Source of the DNA: the human T2T-CHM13v2.0 reference genome, Homo sapiens
DNA: 64,000 bases
Direction: 5' to 3' (one strand)
Assembly (NCBI RefSeq): GCF_009914755.1
Contig: NC_060939.1
A model generated the notes under the pieces. The model was not told where the DNA came from. It worked only from the letters and a program-made list of their open reading frames with translations, and made no database searches. A program made the translations under genes and the position numbers. Every line of letters starts with the position of its first letter. Position 1 is the first letter of the stretch. Shown here piece after piece: positions 1 to 13,200 of this stretch.

Positions 1-1784
1 CTGATTCCATTCCATTCTATTCCTTTCCATTCCATTTCATTCCATTCCATTCCGTTCCATTACATTCCATTCGCTTCCATTCCATTCGTGTCCATTCCAC
101 TCCAGTCCATTCCATTCGTGTCCATTCCATTCCAGTCCATTCCATTTGTGTCCACTGCATTCCATTCCACTCCATTCCATATTATTCCATTACACTCCAT
201 TCCATTCTATTACTTTCATTTCCATTCAATTCCGTTCCATTTGATTCCATTCCACTCGGTTTCATTCCATTTGAGTCCACTCCATTCCATTCCATTCCAT
301 TCCATTCAGTTCCATTCCATTCTGTTCCATTCCATTCCGTTCCATTGCATTCCATTCCATTCGGTACCATTCCATATTGTTCCATTCGATTCCATTCGAA
401 TCCATTCCATTCCAGTCCATTCCATTCGATTCCATTCCATTCCTTTCAATTCCATTCCATTCCATTCCATTCCACTTGATTCCACTCCATTCCCTTCCAC
501 TGCATTCCATTCGATTCCATTCCATTGCATTGCATTCCATTCCATTGGACTGCATTCCATTCGATTCCATTCCATTCGAATCAATTACATAGCAATCCAT
601 TACATTCGAGTCTATTCTATTCCGTTCCATTCGATTTCATTCCAATCCATTCGATTCCATTCCATACTATTGCATTCCATTCTATTACATTATATTCGAA
701 TAAGATCCATTCAAGACCATTTCTTTTGAGTTCATTCTATTTGAGTCCATTCCCTTTGATTCCATAACATTTGAGTCCATTCAATTCCATTCCTTTCGTT
801 TGCATTCCATTTGATGCCATTCCATTCAATTCTGTGCTACTCGACTCCAATACATTCAATTCCATTCCATCCGATTCCATTACATTCTTTTCATTTCTTA
901 TCCATTTCAAGCCATTCCACTCCATTCCATTCCACTCGTTTCCTTTCCATTCGAGTCCATTCCTCTCCAGTCCATTCCGTTCAATCCATTCCATTCCAGT
1001 CCATTCCATTCGAGTCCGTTCCATTCCAGTCCATTCCATTCGAGTCAATTCCATTCCATTCGATGTCTTTCCATAACGATCCATTCCATTCTATTCCTTT
1101 GGATTCCATTCCATTCTATTTCATTCCATTCGATTCCCTTCCATTGGACTCCTTTCCATTCGAGTGCATTCCATTCCGTTCCATTTCTTTCCGTTCTGTA
1201 CGATTCCTACCGTTCGATTTCATTTTGTTCCAGTCCATTCCTTTCGCGTCCATTCCATTCCATTTCACTCCATTCGATTCCATTCCACTCGATTCCACTT
1301 CGTTCCATTTCATTGCATTCCATTCTATTCAACTCTATTGCCTTCCATTCCATTCCATTCGATTACATTCCATGCGATTCCATTCGAAATCGAATCAATT
1401 ACATTGCAATCCATTACTATTGAGTCCATTTTATTCCAGTCCACTGCATTCTGGTCCATTCCATTTGATTCCATTCCATTCTATTCCATTCCATACAGTT
1501 GCATTCCATTGGATTCCATTCTATATCTATAAATTCAATTCGAGACCATTGCTTTTGAATCCATTCCATAGGATTCCATTCCATTCAAGTCCATTACATT
1601 TGGTTCAATTCCATTCCATTCCATTCCCTTCCATTCCATTCCAGTTGATATCAATCCATTCGATTCCATTCCATTCGAGCACATTCCATTCCAGTCCATT
1701 CCATTCGATGCCATTCCATTTGATTCTATTCCATTAGTCTCCATTCAATTCCATTAATCTCCATTCCATTCCATTCTACTCCAA
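1..1784 (+). repeat. First complete 1.8 kb unit (reference monomer for this window)
   Basis: The window starts at CTGATTCC, which recurs at 1785 within CCAACTGATT. Landmarks: KpnI 363, GAATCAATTACATAGC 578, CAAGCC ~908, TTCGCG ~1243, GAATCAATTACATTGC 1392, TATAAA 1528, EcoRV 1647. Confidence 0.95.
87..176 (+). repeat. Three ~30 bp subrepeats (YGTGTCCA...) inside each unit
   Basis: CGTGTCCATTCCACTCCAGTCCATTCCATT / CGTGTCCATTCCATTCCAGTCCATTCCATT / TGTGTCCACTGCATTCCATTCCACTCCATT. Only two copies are present in the units at ~39598, ~53921, ~59322 and ~62913. Confidence 0.85.
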
Positions 1785-4700
1785 CTGATTCCATTCCATT
1801 CTATTCCTTTCCATTCCATTTCATTCCATTCCATTCCGTTCCATTACATTCCATTCGCTTCCATTCCATTCGTGTCCATTCCACTCCAGTCCATTCCATT
1901 CGTGTCCATTCCATTCCAGTCCATTCCATTTGTGTCCACTGCATTCCATTCCACTCCATTCCATATTATTCCATTACACTCCATTCCATTCTATTACTTT
2001 CATTTCCATTCAATTCCGTTCCATTTGATTCCATTCCACTCGGTTTCATTCCATTTGAGTCCACTCCATTCCATTCCATTCCATTCCATTCAGTTCCATT
2101 CCATTCTGTTCCATTCCATTCCGTTCCATTGCATTCCATTCCATTCGGTACCATTCCATATTGTTCCATTCGATTCCATTCGAATCCATTCCATTCCAGT
2201 CCATTCCATTCGATTCCATTCCATTCATTTCAATTCCATTCCATTCCATTCCATTACATTCCACTTGATTCCTCTCCATTCCCTTCCACTGCATTCCGTT
2301 CGATTCCATTCCATTGCATTGCATTCCATTCCATTGTATTGCATTCCATTCGATTCCATTCCATTCGAATCAATTACATAGCAATCCATTACATTCGAGT
2401 CTATTCTATTCCGTTCCATTCGATTTCGTTCCAATCCATTCGATTCCATTCCATTCGATTCCATTCCATACTATTGCATTCCATTCGATTACATTATATT
2501 CGAATAAGTTCCATTCAAGACCATTTCTTTTGAGTCCATTCTTTTTGAGTCCATTCCCTTTGATTCCATAACATTTGAGTCCATTCAATTCCATTCCTTT
2601 CGTTTGCATTCCATTTGATGCCATTCCATTCAATTCTGTTCTACTCGACTCCAATACATTCAATTCCATTCCATCCGATTCCATTACATTCTTTTCATTT
2701 CTTATCCATTTCAAGCCATTCCACTCCATTCCATTCCACTCGTTTCCTTTCCATTCGAGTCCATTCCTCTCCAGTCCATTCCGTTCAATCCATTCCATTC
2801 CAGTCCATTCCATTCGAGTCCGTTCCATTCCAGTCCTCTCTATTCGAGTCAATTCCATCCCATTCGATGTTTTTCCATAACGATCCATTCCATTCTATTC
2901 CTTTCGATTCCATTCCATTCTACTTCATTCAATTCGATTCCCTTCCATTGGACTCCTTTCCATTCGAGTGCATTCCATTCCGTTCCATTTCGTACCGTTC
3001 TGTACGATTCCTACCGTTCGATTTCATTTTGTTCCAGTCCATTCCTTTCGCGTCCATTCCATTCCATTTCACTCCATTCGATTCCATTCCACTCGATTCC
3101 ACTTCGTTCCATTTCATTGCATTCCATTCTATTCAACTCTATTGCCTTCCATTCCATTCCATTCGATTACATTCCATGCGATTCCGTTCGAAATCGAATC
3201 AATTACATTGCAATCCATTACTATTGAGTCCATTTTATTCCAGTCCACTGCATTCTGGTCCATTCCATTTGATTCCATTCCATTCTATTCCATTCCATAC
3301 AGTTGCATTCCATTGGATTCCATTCTATATCTATAAATTCAATTCGAGACCATTGCTTTTGAATCCATTCTATATGATTCCATTCCATTCAAGTCCATTA
3401 CATTTGGTTCAATTTCATTCCATTCCATTCCCTTCCATTCCATTCCAGTTGATATCAATCCATTCGATTCCATTCCATTCGAGCACATTCCATTTGAGTC
3501 CATTCCATTCGATGCCATTCCATTTGATTCTATTCCATTAGTCTCCATTCAATTCCATTAATCTCCATTCCATTCCATTCTACTCCAACTGATTCCATTC
3601 CATTCTATTCCTTTCCATTCCATTCCATTCCATTCCATTCGCTTCCATTCCATTCGTGTCCATTCCACTCCAGTCCATTCCATTCGTGTCCATTCCATTC
3701 CAGTCCATTCCATTTGTGTCCACTGCATTCCATTCCACTCCATTCCATATTATTCCATTACACTCCCTTCCATACTATTACTTTCATTTCCATTCAATTC
3801 CATTCCATTTGATTCCATTCCACTCGGTTTCATTCCATTTGAGTCCACTCCATTCCATTCCATTCCATTCCATTCCATTCAGTTCCATTCCATTCTGTTC
3901 CATTCCATTCCGTTCCATTACATTCCATTCCATTCGGTACCATTCCATATTGTTCCATTCGATTCCATTCGAATCCATTCCATTCCAGTCCATTCCATTC
4001 GATTCCATTCCATTCCTTTCAATTCCATTCCATTCCATTCCATTCCACTTGATTCCACTCCATTCCCTTCCACTGCATTCCATTCGATTCCATTCCATTG
4101 CATTGCATTCCATTCCATTGGACTGCATTCCATTCAATTCCATTCCATTCGAATCAATTACATAGCAATCCATTACATTCGAGTCTATTCTATTCCGTTC
4201 CATTCGATTTCGTTCCAATCCATTCGATTCCATTCCATTCGATTCCATTCCATACTATTGCATTCCATTCGATTACATTATATTCGAATAAGTTCCATTC
4301 AAGACCATTTCTTTTGAGTCCATTCTATTTGAGTCCATTCCCTTTGATTCCATAACATTTGAGTCCATTCAATTCCATTCCTTTCGTTTCCATTCCATTT
4401 GATGCCATTCCATTCAATTCTGTTCTACTCGACTCCAATACATTCAATTCCATTCCATCCGATTCCATTACATTCTTTTCATTTCTTATCCATTTCAAGC
4501 CATTCCACTCCATTCCATTCCACTCGTTTCCTTTCCATTCGAGTCCATTCCTCTCCAGTCCATTCCGTTCAATCCATTCCATTCCAGTCCATTCCATTTG
4601 AGTCCGTTCCATTCCAGTCCATTCCATTCGAGTCAATTCCATTCCATTCGATGTCTTTCCATAACGATCCATTCCATTCTATTCCTTTGGATTCCATTCC

Positions 4701-7200
4701 ATTCTATTTCATTCCATTCGATTCCCTTCCATTGGACTCCTTTCCATTCGAGTGCATTCCATTCCGTTCCATTTCTTTCCGTTCTGTACGATTCCTACCG
4801 TTCGATTTCATTTTGTTCCAGTCCATTCCTTTCGCGTCCATTCCATTCCATTTCACTCCATTCGATTCCATTCCACTCGATTCCACTTCGTTCCATTTCA
4901 TTGCATTCCATTCTATTCAACTCTATTGCCTTCCATTCCATTCCATTCGATTACATTCCATGCGATTCCATTCGAAATCGAATCAATTACATTGCAATCC
5001 ATTACTATTGAGTCCATTTTATTCCAGTCCACTGCATTCTGGTCCATTCCATTTGATTCCATTCCATTCTATTCCATTCCATACAGTTGCATTCCATTGG
5101 ATTCCATTCTATATCTATAAATTCAATTCGAGACCATTGCTTTTGAATCCATTCCATAGGATTCCATTCCATTCCAGTCCATTACATTTGGTTCAATTCC
5201 ATTCCATTCCATTCCCTTCCATTCCATTCCAGTTGATATCAATCCATTCGATTCCATTCCATTCGAGCACATTCCATTCCAGTCCATTCCATTCGATGCC
5301 ATTCCATTTGATTCTATTCCATTAGTCTCCATTCAATTCCATTAATCTCCATTCCATTCCATTCTACTCCAACTGATTCCATTCCATTCTATTCCTTTCC
5401 ATTCCATTTCATTCCATTCCATTCCATTTCATTCCATTCCATTCCATTCGCTTCCATTCCATTCGTGTCCATTCCACTCCAGTCCATTCCATTCGTGTAC
5501 ATTCCATTCCAGTCCATTCCATTTGTGTCCACTGCATTCCATTCCACTCCATTCCATATTATTCCATTACACTCCATTCCATTCTATTACTTTCATTTCC
5601 ATTCAATTCCATTCCATTTGATTCCATTCCACTCGGTTTCATTCCATTTGAGTCCACTCCATTCCATTCCATTCCATTCCATTCAGTTCCATTCCATTCT
5701 GTTCCATTCCATTCCGTTCCATTACATTCCATTCCATTCGGTACCATTCCATATTGTTCCATTCGATTCCATTCGAATCCATTCCATTCCAGTCCATTCC
5801 ATTCGATTCCATTCCATTCATTTCAATTCCATTCCATTCCATTCCATTACATTCCACTTGATTCCTCTCCATTCCCTTCCACTGCATTCCGTTCGATTCC
5901 ATTCCATTGCATTGCATTCCATTCCATTGTATTGCATTCCATTCGATTCCATTCCATTCGAATCAATTACATAGCAATCCATTACATTCGAGTCTATTCT
6001 ATTCCGTTCCATTCGATTTCGTTCCAATCCATTCGATTCCATTCCATTCGATTCCATTCCATACTATTGCATTCCATTCGATTACATTATATTCGAATAA
6101 GTTCCATTCAAGACCATTTCTTTTGAGTCCATTCTTTTTGAGTCCATTCCCTTTGATTCCATAACATTTGAGTCCATTCAATTCCATTCCTTTCGTTTGC
6201 ATTCCATTTGATGCCATTCCATTCAATTCTGTTCTACTCGACTCCAATACATTCAATTCCATTCCATCCGATTCCATTACATTCTTTTCATTTCTTATCC
6301 ATTTCAAGCCATTCCACTCCATTCCATTCCACTCGTTTCCTTTCCATTCGAGTCCATTCCTCTCCAGTCCATTCCGTTCAATCCATTCCATTCCAGTCCA
6401 TTCCATTCGAGTCCGTTCCATTCCAGTCCTCTCTATTCGAGTCAATTCCATCCCATTCGATGTTTTTCCATAACGATCCATTCCATTCTATTCCTTTCGA
6501 TTCCATTCCATTCTACTTCATTCAATTCGATTCCCTTCCATTGGACTCCTTTCCATTCGAGTGCATTCCATTCCGTTCCATTTCGTACCGTTCTGTACGA
6601 TTCCTACCGTTCGATTTCATTTTGTTCCAGTCCATTCCTTTCGCGTCCATTCCATTCCATTTCACTCCATTCGATTCCATTCCACTCGATTCCACTTCGT
6701 TCCATTTCATTGCATTCCATTCTATTCAACTCTATTGCCTTCCATTCCATTCCATTCGATTACATTCCATGCGATTCCGTTCGAAATCGAATCAATTACA
6801 TTGCAATCCATTACTATTGAGTCCATTTTATTCCAGTCCACTGCATTCTGGTCCATTCCATTTGATTCCATTCCATTCTATTCCATTCCATACAGTTGCA
6901 TTCCATTGGATTCCATTCTATATCTATAAATTCAATTCGAGACCATTGCTTTTGAATCCATTCTATATGATTCCATTCCATTCAAGTCCATTACATTTGG
7001 TTCAATTTCATTCCATTCCATTCCCTTCCATTCCATTCCAGTTGATATCAATCCATTCGATTCCATTCCATTCGAGCACATTCCATTTGAGTCCATTCCA
7101 TTCGATGCCATTCCATTTGATTCTATTCCATTAGTCTCCATTCAATTCCATTAATCTCCATTCCATTCCATTCTACTCCAACTGATTCCATTCCATTCTA
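1000..7200 (+). repeat. Local 2-unit (~3.59 kb) duplication
   Basis: Private variants CTTTTTGAG (2541/6134), CAGTCCTCTCTATT, GATGTTTTTCC and TTTCGTACCG recur at offset 3593. CCTTTGGATT (1096/4684) recurs at offset 3588. Confidence 0.85.
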
Positions 7201-10200
7201 TTCCTTTCCATTCCATTTCATTCCATTCCATTCCATTTCATTCCATTCCATTCCATTCCATTCCATTCGCTTCCATTCCATTCGTGTCCATTCCACTCCA
7301 GTCCATTCCATTCGTGTCCATTCCATTCCAGTCCATTCCATTTGTGTCCACTGCATTCCATTCCACTCCATTCCATATTATTCCATTACACTCCATTCCA
7401 TTCTATTACTTTCATTTCCATTCAATTCCATTCCATTTGATTCCATTCCACTCGGTTTCATTCCATTTGAGTCCACTCCATTCCATTCCATTCCATTCCA
7501 TTCAGTTCCATTCCATTCTGTTCCATTCCATTCCGTTCCATTCCATTCCATTCCATTCGGTACCATTCCATATTGTTCCATTCGATTCCATTCGAATCCA
7601 TTCCATTCCAGTCCATTCCATTCGATTCCATTCCATTCCTTTCAATTCCATTCCATTCCATTCCATTCCACTTGATTCCACTCCATTCCCTTCCACTGCA
7701 TTCCATTCGATTCCATTCCATTGCATTGCATTCCATTCCATTGGACTGCATTCCATTCGATTCCATTCCATTCGAATCAATTACATAGCAATCCATTACA
7801 TTCGAGTCTATTCTATTCCGTTCCATTCGATTTCCTTCCAATCCATTCGATTCCATTCCATTCGATTCCATTCCATACTATTGCATTCCATTCGATTACA
7901 TTATATTCGAATAAGTTCCATTCAAGACCATTTCTTTTGAGTCCATTCTATTTGAGTCCATTCCCTTTGATTCCATAACATTTGAGTCCATTCAATTCCA
8001 TTCCTTTCGTTCCCATTCCATTTGATGCCATTCCATTCAATTCTGTTCTACTCGACTCCAATACATTCAATTCCATTCCATCCGATTCCATTACATTCTT
8101 TTCATTTCTTATCCATTTCAAGCCATTCCACTCCATTCCATTCCACTCGTTTCCTTTCCATTCGAGTCCATTCCTCTCCAGTCCATTCCGTTCAATCCAT
8201 TCCATTCCAGTCCATTCCATTCGAGTCCGTTCCATTCCAGTCCATTCCATTCGAGTCAATTCCATTCCATTCGATGTCTTTCCATAACGATCCATTCCAT
8301 TCTATTCCTTTCGATTCCATTCCATTCTATTTCATTCCATTCGATTCCCTTCCATTGGACTCCTTTCCATTCGAGTGCATTCCATTCCGTTCCATTTCTT
8401 TCCGTTCTGTGCGATTCCTACCGTTTGATTTCATTTTGTTCCAGTCCATTCCTTTCGCGTCCATTCCATTCCATTTCACTCCATTCGATTCCATTCCACT
8501 CGATTCCACTTCGTTCCATTTCATTGCATTCCATTCTATTCAACTCTATTGCCTTCCATTCCATTCCATTCGATTACATTCCATGCGATTCCATTCGAAA
8601 TCGAATCAATTACATTGCAATCCATTACTATTGAGTCCATTTTATTCCAGTCCACTGCATTCTGGTCCATTCCATTTGATTCCATTCCATTCTATTCCAT
8701 TCCATACAGTTGCATTCCATTGGATTCCATTCTATATCTATAAATTCAATTCGAGACCATTGCTTTTGAATCCATTCCATAGGATTCCATTCCATTCAAG
8801 TCCATTACATTTGGTTCAATTCCATTCCATTCCATTCCCTTCCATTCCATTCCAGTTGATATCAATCCATTCGATTCCATTCCATTCGAGCACATTCCAT
8901 TCCAGTCCATTCCATTCGATGCCATTACATTTGATTCTATTCCATTAGTCTCCATTCAATTCCATTAATCTCCATTCCATTCCATTCTACTCCAACTGAT
9001 TCCATTCCATTCTATTCCTTTCCATTCCATTTCATTCCATTCCATTCCGTTCCATTACATTCCATTCGCTTCCATTCCATTCGTGTCCATTCCACTCCAG
9101 TCCATTCCATTCGTGTCCATTCCATTCCAGTCCATTCCATTTGTGTCCACTGCATTCCATTCCACTCCATTCCATATTATTCCATTACACTCCATTCCAT
9201 TCTATTACTTTCATTTCCATTCAATTCCGTTCCATTTGATTCCATTCCACTCGGTTTCATTCCATTTGAGTCCACTCCATTCCATTCCATTCCATTCCAT
9301 TCCATTCAGTTCCATTCCATTCTGTTCCATTCCATTCCGTTCCATTGCATTCCATTCCATTCGGTACCATTCCATATTGTTCCATTCGATTCCATTCGAA
9401 TCCATTCCATTCCAGTCCATTCCATTCGATTCCATTCCATTCCTTTCAATTCCATTCCATTCCATTCCATTCCACTTGATTCCACTCCATTCCCTTCCAC
9501 TGCATTCCATTCGATTCCATTCCATTGCATTGCATTCCATTCCATTGGACTGCATTCCATTCGATTCCATTCCATTCGAATCAATTACATAGCAATCCAT
9601 TACATTCGAGTCTATTCTATTCCGTTCCATTCGATTTCATTCCAATCCATTCGATTCCATTCCATACTATTGCATTCCATTCTATTACATTATATTCGAA
9701 TAAGATCCATTCAAGACCATTTCTTTTGAGTTCATTCTATTTGAGTCCATTCCCTTTGATTCCATAACATTTGAGTCCATTCAATTCCATTCCTTTCATT
9801 TGCATTCCATTTGATGCCATTCCATTCAATTCTGTGCTACTCGACTCCAATACATTCAATTCCATTCCATCCGATTCCATTACATTCTTTTCATTTCTTA
9901 TCCATTTCAAGCCATTCCACTCCATTCCATTCCACTCGTTTCCTTTCCATTCGAGTCCATTCCTCTCCAGTCCATTCCGTTCAATCCATTCCATTCCAGT
10001 CCATTCCATTCGAGTCCGTTCCATTCCAGTCCATTCCATTCGAGTCAATTCCATTCCATTCGATGTCTTTCCATAACGATCCATTCCATTCTATTCCTTT
10101 GGGTTCCATTCCATTCTATTTCATTCCATTCGATTCCCTTCCATTGGACTCCTTTCCATTCGAGTGCATTCCATTCCGTTCCATTTCTTTCCGTTCTGTA

Positions 10201-13200
10201 CGATTCCTACCGTTCGATTTCATTTTGTTCCAGTCCATTCCTTTCGCGTCCATTCCATTCCATTTCACTCCATTCGATTCCATTCCACTCGATTCCACTT
10301 CGTTCCATTTCATTGCATTCCATTCTATTCAACTCTATTGCCTTCCATTCCATTCCATTCGATTACATTCCATGCGATTGCATTCGAAATCGAATCAATT
10401 ACTTTGCAATCCATTACTATTGAGTCCATTTTATTCCAGTCCACTGCATTCTGGTCCATTCCATTTGATTCCATTCCATTCTATTCCATTCCATACAGTT
10501 GCATTCCATTGGATTCCATTCTATATCTATAAATTCAATTCGAGACCATTGCTTTTGAATCCATTCCATAGGATTCCATTCCATTCAAGTCCATTACATT
10601 TGGTTTAATTCCATTCCATTCCATTCCCTTCCATTCCATTCCAGTTGATATCAATCCATTCGATTCCGTTCCATTCGAGCACATTCCATTCCAGTCCATT
10701 CCATTCGATGCCATTCCATTTGATTCTATTCCATTAGTCTCCATTCAATTCCATTAATCTCCATTCCATTCCATTCTACTCCAACTGATTCCATTCCATT
10801 CTATTCCTTTCCATTCCATTTCATTCCATTCCATTCCATTTCATTCCATTCCATTCCATTCGCTTCCATTCCATTCGTGTCCATTCCACTCCAGTCCATT
10901 CCATTCGTGTCCATTCCATTCCAGTCCATTCCATTTGTGTCCACTGCATTCCATTCCACTCCATTCCATATTATTCCATTACACTCCCTTCCATTCTATT
11001 ACTTTCATTTCCATTGAATTCCGTTCCATTTGATTCCATTCCACTCGGTTTCATTCCATTTGAGTCCACTCCATTCCATTCCATTCCATTCCATTCAGTT
11101 CCATTCCATTCTGTTCCATTCCATTCCGTTCCATTGCATTCCATTCCATTCGGTACCATTCCATATTGTTCCATTCGATTCCATTCGAATCCATTCCATT
11201 CCAGTCCATTCCATTCGTTTCCATTCCATTCCTTTCAATTCCATTCCATTCCATTCCATTCCACTTGATTCCACTCCATTCCCTTCCACTGCATTCCATT
11301 CGATTCCATTCCATTGCATTGCATTCCATTCCATTGGACTGCATTCCATTCGATTCCATTCCATTCGAATCAATTACATAGCAATCCATTACATTCGAGT
11401 CTATTCTATTCCGTTCCGTTCGATTTCGTTCCAATCCATTCGATTCCATTCCATTCAATTCCATTCCATACTATTGCATTCCATTCGATTACATTATATT
11501 CGAATAAGTTCCATTCAAGACCATTTCTTTTGAGTCCATTCTATTTGAGTCCATTCCCTTTGATTCCATAACATTTGAGTCCATTCAATTCCATTCCTTT
11601 CGTTTCCATTCCATTTGATGCCATTCCATTCAATTCTGTTCTACTCGACTCCAATACATTCAATTCCATTCCATCCGATTCCATTACATTCTTTTCATTT
11701 CTTATCCATTTCAAGCCATTCCACTCCATTCCATTCCACTCGTTTCCTTTCCATTCGAGTCCATTCCTCTCCAGTCCATTCCGTTCAATCCATTCCATTC
11801 CAGTCCATTCCATTCGAGTCCGTTCCATTCCAGTCCAATCCATTCGAGTCAATTCCATCCCATTCGATGTCTTTCCATAACGATCCATTCCATTCTATTC
11901 CTTTCGATTCCATTCCATTCTATTTCATTCCATTCGATTCCCTTCCATTGGACTCCTTTCCATTCGAGTGCATTCCATTCCGTTCCATTTCTTTCCGTTC
12001 TGTACGATTCCTACCGTTCGATTTCATTTTGTTCCAGTCCATTCCTTTCGCGTCCATTCCATTCCATTTCACTCCATTCGATTCCATTCCACTCGATTCC
12101 ACTTCGTTCCATTTCATTGCATTCCATTCTATTCAACTCTATTGCCTTCCATTCCATTCCATTCGATTACATTCCATGCGATTCCATTCGAAATCGAATC
12201 AATTACATTGCAATCCATTACTATTGAGTCCATTTTATTCCAGTCCACTGCATTCTGGTCCATTCCATTTGATTCCATTCCATTCTATTCCATTCCATAC
12301 AGTTGCATTCCATTGGATTCCATTCTATATCTATAAATTCAATTCGAGACCATTGCTTTTGAATCCATTCTATATGATTCCATTCCATTCAAGTCCATTA
12401 CATTTGGTTCAATTCCATTCCATTCCATTCCGTTCCATTCCATTCCAGTTGATATCAATCCATTCGATTCCATTCCATTCGAGCACATTCCATTCGAGTC
12501 CATTCCATTCGATGCCATTCCATTTGATTCTATTCCATTAGTCTCCATTCAATTCCATTAATCTCCATTCCATTCCATTCTACTCCAACTGATTCCATTC
12601 CATTCTATTCCTTTCCATTCCATTTCATTCCATTCCATTCCATTTCATTCCATTCCATTCCATTCGCTTCCATTCGTGTCCAATCCACTCCAGTCCATTC
12701 CATTCGTGTCCATTCCATTCCAGTCCATTCCATTTGTGTCCACTGCATTCCATTCCACTCCATTCCATATTATTCCATTACACTCCATTCCATTCTATTA
12801 CTTTCATTTCCATTCAATTCCATTCCATTTGATTCCATTCCACTCGGTTTCATTCCATTTGAGTCCACTCCATTCCATTCCATTCCATTCCATTCAGTTC
12901 CATTCCATTCTGTTCCATTCCATTCCGTTCCATTGCATTCCATTCCATTCGGTACCATTCCATATTGTTCCATTCGATTCCATTCGAATCCATTCCATTC
13001 CAGTCCATTCCATTCGATTCCATTCCATTCCTTTCAATTCCATTCCATTCCATTCCATTCCACTTGATTCCACTCCATTCCCTTCCACTGCATTCCATTC
13101 GATTCCATTCCATTGCATTGCATTCCATTCCATTGGACTGCATTCCATTCGATTCCATTCCATTCGAATCAATTACATAGCAATCCATTACATTCGAGTC

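Noticed and set aside
570-710. Canonical heat-shock elements around TTCGAA motifs
   Set aside because: The spacing does not give three alternating nGAAn units (TTC and GAA are 0 or 4 bp apart, not 2), so a canonical HSE is not supported.
693-1654. 10 bp palindromes TATTCGAATA (693) and TTGATATCAA (1645) as recombination or regulatory sites
   Set aside because: They are too short to form cruciforms and arise easily from pentamer variants. Their recurrence reflects array homogenisation, not selection.
811-1737. 308 aa ORF repeated in most units, and all other FHSIP- or MEWNG-type ORFs
   Set aside because: (CATTC)n has no stop codon in any of the six frames and translates to FHSIP/MEWNG repeats. 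The ORFs overlap in all frames, show no recognisable domain, and are freely broken by 1 bp and 5 bp indels and stops (e.g. 10608, 13995, 39135, 47847, 58852).
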